DNA from: an uncultured Desulfosarcina sp.
Lineage (GTDB): Bacteria; Desulfobacterota; Desulfobacteria; Desulfobacterales; Desulfosarcinaceae
NCBI GenBank assembly: GCA_963674945.2
Contig: CAXXWQ010000004.1
Location: forward strand, 64,001 to 128,000
Direction of reading: 5' to 3'
Length of the DNA: 64,000 nt
Shown here: piece by piece, positions 10,243 through 19,210 of the stretch
Layout: every line of letters starts with the position of its first letter
Numbering within the stretch: position 1 is the stretch's first letter
Made by a program: the position numbers and the translations under genes
Notes under the pieces: model-generated
The model's database searches: none
The model's input: only the letters and a program-made list of their open reading frames with translations
Told to the model about the DNA's origin: nothing

Positions 10243-10979
10243 TTTTGTTGTTTTCTTTTTATGACGGCAACCGCTGGAAGTGTGGATGTAACAGATCGTT
10301 TGTCGAGGAGTTTTTTGACAAATCCGCCATATCGTTTCTCGTAATAGCCGGATCCGTCTTCTAATGCCGCCGTATCTTCTCTTACGGGACAGATGAAGGT
10401 ACAAACCCCGCATCCGATACAATAGGAAGCATCAATATATGGCGCAAGGTCCCCAATCCCTCCTTCCGGCGGATTTCTCAATAATGCCTTGTCTTTCATG
10501 GGGCAATTAAAGTAGCATTCACCGCAGAATCCAAACTGCCAAGCCACGCATATTTTGCTGTCCAGATCAGCTACCCCGATTTTCAGGTCGTCGGAAAGAT
10601 TTTCGAGTGTTTCTCTATCGTTTCTGATCAGCTTCAGTGCGCCGGTGGGACATGCTTCGCCGCAGCGAAGAAAACGCCCCAGTGTTTTGTTCTCACCATC
10701 TTTCGATACTTCCCGGCATAGGTAGCAGGGTGTCTGCAACGGATCAATAAAAGGCGTATGCACGAGAGCACCGTGTGTTATGTCCAACAAGCGAATGCTG
10801 TCAAAAGGACAAGCCTCGACACACTTGCCGCACCGTATGCATCTTTCCAAAAAGTCGTGGCTCGCTCCGGGAGGTCGTAACACTTCGCAAGCCCCTTTTT
10901 TCGGAATGAAAGCAGCAAACCCGATGATGCCGGTCTGAATCAAAAAGGTTCTCCTGCTTATCACGGGGCGCTTCATCAT
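10239..10979 (-). CDS. NapG/MauM-like periplasmic polyferredoxin with Tat-type signal
   Basis: SRRTFL twin-arginine motif, LRPPGA, CIRCGKCVEACP and further ferredoxin motifs. Confidence 0.85.
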   Translation of the reverse strand: MMKRPVISRRTFLIQTGIIGFAAFIPKKGACEVLRPPGASHDFLERCIRCGKCVEACPFDSIRLLDITHGALVHTPFIDPLQTPCYLCREVSKDGENKTLGRFLRCGEACPTGALKLIRNDRETLENLSDDLKIGVADLDSKICVAWQFGFCGECYFNCPMKDKALLRNPPEGGIGDLAPYIDASYCIGCGVCTFICPVREDTAALEDGSGYYEKRYGGFVKKLLDKRSVTSTLPAVAVIKRKQQK

Positions 10980-11028
10980 TTGTACTTCACTTACTTTCCG
11001 GGCGTTGCGAAACATCGTCATGGGGTAT

Positions 11029-11069
11029 ATTCCGAATTCACCGCTGATCCAATGCGGTGAATTCGGAAT
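11029..11069. terminator. 16-bp perfect-stem hairpin between the receptor gene and napG-like gene (attenuator or mRNA stabiliser)
   Basis: ATTCCGAATTCACCGC-TGATCCAAT-GCGGTGAATTCGGAAT; no strong U-tract. Confidence 0.5.
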
Positions 11070-11085
11070 TAGGGGATGGGACCAG

Positions 11086-13200
11086 TTAGAAAGTGTATTT
11101 TATCTGAGCCCCGATCGTCTGTTTGGGCATGGGATACCCGTACACTTCCTGGTAGTTTTCACCAAAGAGGTTGTTAACATAAACCAAAAGTTTGGCCTTG
11201 TCTGATAAAAACGTATATTGCATCCCGACATCGGTAATAAAATAGCTATCCATGTCGTACCCGCCTTCACTCTTTCGGACACCAACATAACGCATATCAC
11301 ATGTCGCCATGAGATCTTTCATCAAGTCGTACCGAACACCGAGATTTGCCTTGTGTTTCGGTGGGACATCCACCCAAAACGAATCCGGCAGATCGGTTTC
11401 ATCGACTTTGTTTTCAAGATAGGTGTAGTTGCCGAAGATATTGATTGTATCAAACCTTGCGTCAAACTCAAACTCCATGCCATAAAAACCAACGCTATCG
11501 ATATTATAGGCAAACGCATTTGGATTATAGGCACTCGGCCTGTCGAGGGCGACATAATCGGAGACGTCCGAGTAGTAGACCACAAATCGAACATCGATGT
11601 TTTCCCTGATACGATGATACACCCCAGTGTCATAATGCCAGCTTGACTCATATTCCAATTTTTGCTGCAGCGCACCCGTGCGCATGTAGTAAGCCTCATC
11701 TCAACATCCCGGAACATGATAGTCCCTGTTTACCGATATGAATACGCTTGTCGCGGGCTGTAACTGGTGTGTCATGGTCACCTTCGGCAACCAAAATGTG
11801 TCGGTATAATGGTGCCTGTATTTAGGCACATCGGGATCGAGGGTATAGGGATAGGTTCGCTGATCGATCACGGACATCCGCAACCCGGTTTTCAGCGTCC
11901 ACTTGGGTAAAAACGCCCACACATCTTCGAAATATCCCGAGTTTATTTCGAATATTTTCGGCATCTCCTCCGCCCCGGTTTTTTTGTAGGAATATCCGAC
12001 ATCCAATGAATTGTTTTCCCAAAGATCGGCGTTCAGCTCAATGCCGCCGCCGATATGCTTTTCGATATACCCATCTCCACCACTAAAACTTTGTTCCTTG
12101 TTGCCGTCGTCGTCTAAGGTAATGTACCAACTGTTCTCCTCTCCCTCGGTATTGTAAAAATGCAACTTTAATAGAAATTTTTTAATTTGCTGCTCATAGG
12201 CGACATCGTAATGGTCCGCACTCTTTTCCTTATAATTCTTTTGCCCCGGGTCTTCGGGATAGGAAATGGAAGCCATTTTCAAGGTGTCCGCGTCTTTGGT
12301 CACCGTCGGATAATCGGGATCGTAATCGTCACGCGATGGATCGTTTACAACCGGATTATCCCGGGTAAACTCGGATCCTTTGTAGGACAGTGTAAGAAGG
12401 CCCTCAAAAGGAAACCGATAGCTCAACCTGGCAGAATAATTGTCTGAATCCCATTCGTTGTTTCTGAGGTAGCCGTCCGACTCCTGATGTCCGTATGATA
12501 AAAAATAGGTCAGGTCGCCGACACCGCCGTTCATCGTCGCATTTCCGGAAAAGGCCTGGGGATTATCATACTCGGGGATGATGGTATAATCTCCTCGAAC
12601 CGTGATCTTTGGTTTTAAAGTATCTTGTTTCTCCCCTTTTTTCATGATGATGTTAATGACGCCGCCTGCTGAATTCTCATACTTGGCTGAGGCGCCGCCC
12701 CGTATTATTTCTATTTTCTCGATGTCCGACAGGTTCAAACTCGACCAATCGATGGGCGTCATCGCCTTTCCGGACGAGCCGGTCACCGGCCTACCGTCGA
12801 TGGCAACCGTATAACGACTGTCCTCGAAACCGCGAAACATAATCACCTGTTGTGGATCGGGAATCGTTGAGCTGCGCATGACATCGATTCCCGCCATGTT
12901 CATCAGAATGTCCTCAACGCGATCGACAGAGCCGCTTTTCACATATTTATCGACGTCAACGATTGTGCTTGTGGGCGTGAATTTGATGGCGCCGCCATGG
13001 AAGGCGTGCACAAAGACATCCCCTAATTCGACAGGTTCTTCATCTTCCACCAGATCTACCGGTTCCTCAACTTCCGGCGGGCATGTCGGGCAGTCAGCAT
13101 TACCACTATTCGAGGTCTGGGACAACGCGACATTCGGTAGTAGCAGCAGTTTCACACAGCATCCGACCAGAAACAACTTCAACGTCCTTTTCAAAAACAT
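11086..13200 (-). CDS. TonB-dependent outer-membrane receptor, probable selenoprotein (704 aa, UGA=Sec at codon 500, Cys-Sec motif)
   Basis: ORFs 11701..13200 and 11086..11685 share a frame and are separated only by TGA at 11701-11703 (…HVPGC-TGA-DEAYYMRTG…). Plug motifs (MFRGF, IDGRP, IEKIEIIRGGASAKY…GGVINII), barrel ending in YTF; SECIS-like hairpin right after the TGA. Confidence 0.85.
11664..11700 (-). promoter_or_regulatory. Putative bacterial SECIS element of the TonB-dependent receptor
   Basis: mRNA UGA-GAUGAGGCUUACUACAU-GCGCA-CGGG-UGCGC-UGCAGC: 5-bp GC-rich upper stem, G-rich tetraloop 22 nt after UGA, extendable lower stem. Confidence 0.7.
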
Positions 13201-13240
13201 CCTTCTTTTCCTTTCTTCACCATGGTTGTTCTGTTACAAA

Positions 13241-15421
13241 TCACACTTTTTCAATATTGCACAAAAATCCCCTGTAAGCGGGAAATGCGCTGATGGGATC
13301 CAATACCCCATCGTCTGTCAGTTCATTGGCACTGCTTTTATCCCAGCCGTGGGTCATCGCCACTTGGCCTTTGCCTAATCCTTTGATCAAGATCGCCTTT
13401 GCTGTTATGCTGCCCCTTGGAGAAATAATTCTCACCGCATCCCCATTTGAAATTCCTTTCGACGCAGCATCCTCCGGATTGATTTCGACCATCGGCTCAG
13501 GAGATTTTTTTAGAAGCGACGGGATATTATGATATTGAGAATGGTAAAAATATTTAATTCTACCACCGGTGTTCATTATGAAGGGATATGCTGACTGCAA
13601 TTCTTTGTTCCCGTAATTCTCATATGGATTCACGTAGACAGGCAGCGGGTCATACCCGAATTTTTTGAGTGTCGGGGATGAGAATTCTATTTTTTTCGAA
13701 GGCGTGTCAAGGCCTCTTTTTTCATATTTTCTGTATTGCGTAGTCTCGGATGGATGAACACCATTGAAGTTTTTCCTCAATTGGGCCGCAGTCAGATTCA
13801 CCGGTTTTAAATGCTCGTCGATCGCTTCATCGAGATTTTGCCATGGAAATTCTTTCGTGTATCCCATTGTTTTTGCCAATTCGAACCAGAATTTCCATGT
13901 GGGCCATGCTTTTCCCTGCTCCGGTATGACTTTGGGGGTCATAAAAATACTGTTTCGCGCCTTAAAGCCGTCACACTCCATAAATGTCGCCGCCGGCAAC
14001 ACGATATCGGCCATTTTTGCTGTCTCGGTCATAAAAAGATCCATGACGACCATGAGATCAAGCTTTTTAAAAGCTTCTCGCTGATGGGACACATTGGGCC
14101 CGGTCGAAAGGGGATTGCCGCCGACCACCAAAAGTGCTTTGATCGGATAAGGCTTGCCGGTCAAGATCGTCTCCGGCAATTTGTTTGCGCTTACCATATC
14201 ATGGTATTTCCACAAGAGTGGATAGCTCTCTTCCGTGATTCCGGGAACAGCCCTGTTTCTTATTTCTTTCAGATCCATGGGGGCAAGCTCGGTTTTTCGT
14301 TCCGACATCATGTTGCCCCCCTTAATATCGATATTGCCCGTAAGCGCCTGCAGAAGCTGTATGGAACGAATGGTCTGTACACCGTTTAGATGGAGTTCAA
14401 GGGCATTTCCCGTTGAAATACAGGCAGGACCGCTAGTGGCATATTCTACCGCAAATTTTTGAATATCGTCGGCCGGAATGCCTGTAATGGCCGCCGCTTT
14501 TTCGACCGGATACGCAGAAGCGAGTTTTTTGTATTCATCAAACCCGAGTCCATAGCTTTTCACGAACTTTTCGGCATACAGTTTCTTTTGGATAATGATA
14601 TTTGCCACGGCAAGGGCAAGTGCCCCGTCCGTTCCGGGTTTCGGACTGAGGTGACGATCCGCGACTCTGGTCATGGCGCCGGGTCGTGGATCGATGCATA
14701 CGAGTTTTGCACCCGATTCTTTCGCAGGAAGAACCCGGTTTAACCACGTCGGAATACTCGAGGTGGCAGGATTACAACCCCACTGGACGATATAGCGGGA
14801 ATTCTCATAATCCGACCATAGGGAGCCGATACTATACTTTTTGGCAACGGCACCTGCGACATGACACTGGCTGCCGCATCCCGTGAAATTGGGGGAGCCA
14901 TACACATCGCAAAAACGCCTTATAAAGTTCCTGTAGAAACCATCTCGCACCTGACTCACACCATAATGGAATACGACGGATTCAGGTCCCGGGGATGATT
15001 TGTATTCACCGAGCTTTTCTGCAATCTCTGCGAGAGCTTCATCCCAGCCGATCTCGACAAATTTGCCACCCTTTCTTTTCAGAGGACTCAATATCCTGTC
15101 CGGTGCATGGACAATCTCCGGGGTCGCAAGCCCCATATCACATAAAAATCCTTTGGATATCGGATCCTCTTCCCATGGCCCAACCGCCTTGATGATGTTA
15201 TCCTTAACATACGCCTTCATACCGCAGTCTTTGCCGCAAAGACCGCATCTTGTTATAATTTCTTTGGTTCCCGCCAATTGATTCTTGCTATTCTGACTCG
15301 CGGAAAGAACGCCTGCTCCACTAAACGCTACAGAAATGCCCGCAATTTCGAGAAACTTTAAAAATTCCCGCCGTGTGTATCCATTTGATGCCGTTTTCGG
15401 AACGATGATTTTCTTTTGCAA
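13241..15421 (-). CDS. Tat-exported molybdopterin (Mo/W-bisPGD, DMSO-reductase family) oxidoreductase catalytic subunit
   Basis: TRREFLK Tat motif; CGLCGKDC…LC [4Fe-4S]; GSQCH candidate Cys ligand; WGCNP, IDPR, PGTDGAL, DLFMTETAKMADIVLPA, HSQYHN; TTG start after GAGGAG. Confidence 0.9.
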   Translation of the reverse strand: MQKKIIVPKTASNGYTRREFLKFLEIAGISVAFSGAGVLSASQNSKNQLAGTKEIITRCGLCGKDCGMKAYVKDNIIKAVGPWEEDPISKGFLCDMGLATPEIVHAPDRILSPLKRKGGKFVEIGWDEALAEIAEKLGEYKSSPGPESVVFHYGVSQVRDGFYRNFIRRFCDVYGSPNFTGCGSQCHVAGAVAKKYSIGSLWSDYENSRYIVQWGCNPATSSIPTWLNRVLPAKESGAKLVCIDPRPGAMTRVADRHLSPKPGTDGALALAVANIIIQKKLYAEKFVKSYGLGFDEYKKLASAYPVEKAAAITGIPADDIQKFAVEYATSGPACISTGNALELHLNGVQTIRSIQLLQALTGNIDIKGGNMMSERKTELAPMDLKEIRNRAVPGITEESYPLLWKYHDMVSANKLPETILTGKPYPIKALLVVGGNPLSTGPNVSHQREAFKKLDLMVVMDLFMTETAKMADIVLPAATFMECDGFKARNSIFMTPKVIPEQGKAWPTWKFWFELAKTMGYTKEFPWQNLDEAIDEHLKPVNLTAAQLRKNFNGVHPSETTQYRKYEKRGLDTPSKKIEFSSPTLKKFGYDPLPVYVNPYENYGNKELQSAYPFIMNTGGRIKYFYHSQYHNIPSLLKKSPEPMVEINPEDAASKGISNGDAVRIISPRGSITAKAILIKGLGKGQVAMTHGWDKSSANELTDDGVLDPISAFPAYRGFLCNIEKV

Positions 15422-15438
15422 TGCTGTGTCTCCTCATC

Positions 15439-15846
15439 TTATATGTTTTTCTCAGTGGCAAGGCAGAGTCTCCCGGCGCCGGCCGCCTTGGCCAGATCCA
15501 TTACGCGAACCACCTTGTTTAAAACGGTGCCACGATCGGCCTTGATGACGACAAGCCTGTCAGGGTCTGTGCCGATCTGCCCTTTGAGCTCTGTAAACAG
15601 TTTGTCCAGGGAGATTTCCGTATCGGCCAGATAGGCCCGTCCCTCGCGGTCCACGTATACGGTAATCTCCTGTTGGGTCTGGGGTGCGGCTGCCTTGGCT
15701 TGGGGAAGCTTGATCTTAATTCCCTCATCGACCATGAAATTGGTGGTCAATAAAAAGTAGATCAGCAGCATGAATACAATGTCGATCAGAGAAGTCAGGG
15801 GTGCCTGAATCTGATACCGGTCTTTTTTTTTTCTCTCGGTGAACAT
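15439..15846 (-). CDS. exbD: Biopolymer transporter ExbD/TolR
   Basis: LTSLIDIVFMLLIYFLL, IKLPQA, VVIKAD motifs. Confidence 0.9.
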   Translation of the reverse strand: MFTERKKKDRYQIQAPLTSLIDIVFMLLIYFLLTTNFMVDEGIKIKLPQAKAAAPQTQQEITVYVDREGRAYLADTEISLDKLFTELKGQIGTDPDRLVVIKADRGTVLNKVVRVMDLAKAAGAGRLCLATEKNI

Positions 15847-15867
15847 AAAAAGTTCCTATATACATGA

Positions 15868-16482
15868 TTATACGGGTTGATTCTTGTTGATGGCCTTCAT
15901 GAAAGACACGGCCCCACCTTGCAATCTGGCCTCATATTTATCCACTCTGGCAATCAGATAACTGTGCGCCACCATGGTGGGCAACGCAACCGCCAAACCA
16001 AACGCCGTCGTCAGCATGGCTTCCCATATACCGCCGGCGAGAACGGCTGCGTTCACCTTGCCGCCCATCTGCTGAATGACCATGAAGGCCTTGATCATTC
16101 CCACAACGGTTCCCAGAAGTCCCAGCAAAGGGGCAATATTTCCGATGGTGGCCAGTGTCTGGAGGTAGGACGACAGGTTCCTGACCTCTTCTTCCGTTGC
16201 GTGGACCAATACGGTTTCAATGGTTTCGCGGTCCTGGTCCCTCACATCGATTGCCTGGGCCAACACCCGGCCCATGGGTGAATTGCTTTCGGAAGCTAGC
16301 TGCAGCGCCTCTTTCTCTTTTCCCTCTTTAAGAAATGAAACAGTCTTTTTCGCCAGACCGGCGCCGCGACTTCGCATCCGGCTGAACCGAATCAACCGTT
16401 CCACAAAAATTGCCAGTGCAAAAACAGAACAAAGCAGTATGGGAACGACGAGAACGCCCCCTTTGGATAAAAATTCGAGCAT
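15868..16482 (-). CDS. exbB: MotA/TolQ/ExbB proton channel
   Basis: IAPLLGLLGTVVGMIKAF, GIWEAMLTTAFGLAVALP. Confidence 0.9.
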   Translation of the reverse strand: MLEFLSKGGVLVVPILLCSVFALAIFVERLIRFSRMRSRGAGLAKKTVSFLKEGKEKEALQLASESNSPMGRVLAQAIDVRDQDRETIETVLVHATEEEVRNLSSYLQTLATIGNIAPLLGLLGTVVGMIKAFMVIQQMGGKVNAAVLAGGIWEAMLTTAFGLAVALPTMVAHSYLIARVDKYEARLQGGAVSFMKAINKNQPV

Positions 16483-16497
16483 TGTTTTTTCCTTACG

Positions 16498-18327
16498 TTA
16501 TGATTTACTCTGGTTCGGACGTTCAGATGTTTGTTGATTTTGCGGTTCTTCCACAATATCCGCGATACCATCGAAGTCCATATCCCTTGACCGCTTGATT
16601 AATGCCTCGGCATCATCATAATATTCCCACAGATCGGTTTTGCCGTCCGCGTTGGTATCCTCTTCCAGCTTATTCAACATGCCTTGGCGATAAAAATACC
16701 AGATGTCGGGCCGACCATCGCCGTTCTTGTCATGCTCGGCATGGGTGGCTTTTTCATTTGTGTCGTAATACCAAGTGATATTCAGTCGACCGGTGTCGCC
16801 TTCATCCGCCTGGCTTTTAATCAGTTTGCCGGCGTCGCTGTAATACTCTCTTTGATCGATCGCGCCGTTACTGTCCTCGTCTATCTCTTTGACGACAAGG
16901 GCTTTGTTCTTATAGAAGGATCGAAGCTCTGGGTTCTCATCCTGATCCGTGTCGATTTCCATCACCATGGACCACTCCGGCTTGTCGAACCACTGGGTCG
17001 TTTCGAAATGCGAATCAAAATCCGCATCTTTTATGATCCTTTGTTTCTTGCCCCCGACATAGTAGATTTTCAGATCGATGGCGCCGTCGTTGTTTTCATC
17101 TCTCTCCGATCGTACCAACAGGTCTTTTGCATAGTAATGAAAGGTATCGAAGGTTTCATTAAAATCCGTATCGCTTTCGGCCTTTTCGCGTTGTTCCTTG
17201 CCATTGAAATAGATGATGGTATCGATCTTTTTATCGCCGTTGTCATCTTTGGTCTGGCGGATCATCTTGTTTTTTTCAAACCAGGAAACTGTTTCAAGAT
17301 AGGTATCGTTGTTTTCATCAAAGGAGACTTTGACCGGCTCACCATTTTTAAAAATGCGGATTCGATCGATGCTGCCGTCAAACTTGGAGTCCTCTTTGAT
17401 CAGCGAAGGATTTTGATCGTTGTCAAATGTGACAAAATAATCCGGTTCATCATCGTAATTGGTATCTTTTTCCTGGGTAACGGGTTTGCCGTCTGCAAAT
17501 TTGGTAAACACATCGAACCGGCCGTCCAGGTTGGTGTCCTTCTCCTGTCGTTTTGGCAGCTCTTTTTCGAAAAAGGTCACGGTATCGAACCGGCCGTCCA
17601 GGTCCACATCTTTGCGCTGTTCTTTGATGGTACCGGCTTCATACAAACAGAAGGTTTCCATCTTTCCATCTTTGTCGTGATCGTGGTCGCTCTCTTTGGG
17701 CCTGGCCTGATCATCGAACCGTACAAATCTCTCCAGCCGTCCATCCCCGTCATCGTCTACCCTTCTTTCAACGGGCATATCGTTTTTATAGGTCGTCCAG
17801 ATGTTCACCTCGCCGTCGCCGTCCGTATCTTTGGTACTGGAGAGAACAACGCCTTCCTTGTAATTGAACACCGTGTCAAACCGCTGATCGGATGTGGTGT
17901 CCTTTTTGACAACCAGGGGCCTTTCCATGGCATCGAAAGTGATCATTTGGGTCATATGCCCCTGTGGATCGAACCGTTCATGGCGAATGCGCTTTTCCTT
18001 TTCAAAATAGTCTTTGGTATCGATGTGGCGATCATGATCCAGATCCCGCTCAACCCGCGTCAGCACTTCATTTTCATAATACTGAAAACTATCCATCACC
18101 TCATCGCCATTGCTGTCGATTTCCAGTTTCTCTACCATCCGCTTGCTGTTGAAATGAATGATCCGATCGATTTTCCCGTCCTCATCCATGTCTTTTTCGA
18201 TCCTGCTCGAATCTGCCGATAACGGACCGGGTAGCCACATCGAAAGGACCATGAGAAAGGCAATAACCACCAAAGAGATAATCTTTGGATGCGATTTTTT
18301 GTTTTCAATAGACTTCATTACATCCAC
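16498..18327 (-). CDS. Exported acidic repeat protein with ~22 Dx[DN]xDG-type repeats
   Basis: N-terminal signal/TM; ~22-aa periodicity, e.g. EKDMDEDGKID, KDTDGDGEVN, KDTNLDGRFD, HDKNGDGRPD, EDTNADGKTD. Confidence 0.8.
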   Translation of the reverse strand: MDVMKSIENKKSHPKIISLVVIAFLMVLSMWLPGPLSADSSRIEKDMDEDGKIDRIIHFNSKRMVEKLEIDSNGDEVMDSFQYYENEVLTRVERDLDHDRHIDTKDYFEKEKRIRHERFDPQGHMTQMITFDAMERPLVVKKDTTSDQRFDTVFNYKEGVVLSSTKDTDGDGEVNIWTTYKNDMPVERRVDDDGDGRLERFVRFDDQARPKESDHDHDKDGKMETFCLYEAGTIKEQRKDVDLDGRFDTVTFFEKELPKRQEKDTNLDGRFDVFTKFADGKPVTQEKDTNYDDEPDYFVTFDNDQNPSLIKEDSKFDGSIDRIRIFKNGEPVKVSFDENNDTYLETVSWFEKNKMIRQTKDDNGDKKIDTIIYFNGKEQREKAESDTDFNETFDTFHYYAKDLLVRSERDENNDGAIDLKIYYVGGKKQRIIKDADFDSHFETTQWFDKPEWSMVMEIDTDQDENPELRSFYKNKALVVKEIDEDSNGAIDQREYYSDAGKLIKSQADEGDTGRLNITWYYDTNEKATHAEHDKNGDGRPDIWYFYRQGMLNKLEEDTNADGKTDLWEYYDDAEALIKRSRDMDFDGIADIVEEPQNQQTSERPNQSKS

Positions 18328-18344
18328 CTTGCTTTCCGAAAGCT

Positions 18345-19046
18345 TCAGGTTGTCTCGAAAATAATATTCAATTCCATGGGGATATCTTTTTTAAAAAATC
18401 GGTGCGGAGGTCTTGGAAACGGGGCCGCTCCCTTTACCGCCTCGATGGCGGCCTGGTTGAGTATGGCATGGGGACACGATTGAACGACCTGAACGTTGCG
18501 CACCCCTCCCTGGCGGGTCACCACAAACCGCACGGTGATACGCCCCTCTTGTTGCATACTCTTGGCCGATTCCGGATATTTTTTGCTCGATTCGATTTTG
18601 AGTATCACCATCTCATAGTAGCTTTTTGCAGTGGTGAATGCAGCCGATGTGTCCAGGATTTCGCCGATCTGGTAATTACTCCGGCCGGCATTCAAATCGG
18701 ACGGCAGGTCCGGAACGGAAATCTGGGCCATTAGATTCTTGGAAACGGAGTTGTCAACCGGGTCGATTTTCATGGGCTGGATACGCGGAACACGCATGCG
18801 TTTCACACGGACCTGTTTGACATCTTCGGGTTGCTCGAGCTGTTTGGGACGCATCACCGGTCGCGGAATGGTCCTTGCAAAAGATTTTGAAAGATCTTGC
18901 ATGGAAAGCTCGATATAGCTGATGGCCTGGGATTGGTAGATACCCGCCACATGCAGCAATATGAAAATATGAAGTACAATGGATACCATAATCAGGTATC
19001 GCAGTAGCTTATTGGGACCTTGATTCGGGTGTTGTAATGCTTCCAT
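18345..19046 (-). CDS. tonB: Energy transducer TonB
   Basis: SIVLH TM anchor, Pro-rich linker, KKYPESA…EGRITVRF…LNQAAIEAV…APFP C-terminal domain. Confidence 0.85.
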   Translation of the reverse strand: MEALQHPNQGPNKLLRYLIMVSIVLHIFILLHVAGIYQSQAISYIELSMQDLSKSFARTIPRPVMRPKQLEQPEDVKQVRVKRMRVPRIQPMKIDPVDNSVSKNLMAQISVPDLPSDLNAGRSNYQIGEILDTSAAFTTAKSYYEMVILKIESSKKYPESAKSMQQEGRITVRFVVTRQGGVRNVQVVQSCPHAILNQAAIEAVKGAAPFPRPPHRFFKKDIPMELNIIFETT

Positions 19047-19210
19047 AGTAAAAATCGTCCGGGCGGTTATAATGTTACGTAATCACTAACGCCGGCAACC
19101 GGCCGGCCCCACTTACCTGTTCTCGACCCTTTTGCTAGAAAAGAATCACTTGTGAAAATCTCTCACATCCACTGTTGTGAAAGCATCCAAGATGCAACCG
19201 TGTCCCCTGT

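Noticed and set aside
16684..18222. 512-aa plus-strand ORF, and similar long antisense ORFs at 24526, 27059, 28646, 33097 and those overlapping the PKS
   Set aside because: Shadows of real genes on the opposite strand or frame; no recognisable motifs or RBS.
16498..18327. Nucleotide periodicity that might suggest a CRISPR array or diversity-generating repeat
   Set aside because: The repeats are degenerate and protein-coding; no identical direct repeats with spacers, and no cas or reverse transcriptase genes in the window.
19050..19200. c-di-GMP-riboswitch-like 3' words and a TGTGA-N7-TCACA site upstream of tonB
   Set aside because: The 5' GGCAAA/GAAA tetraloop half is missing, and the spacer does not fit CRP/Rex (N6).
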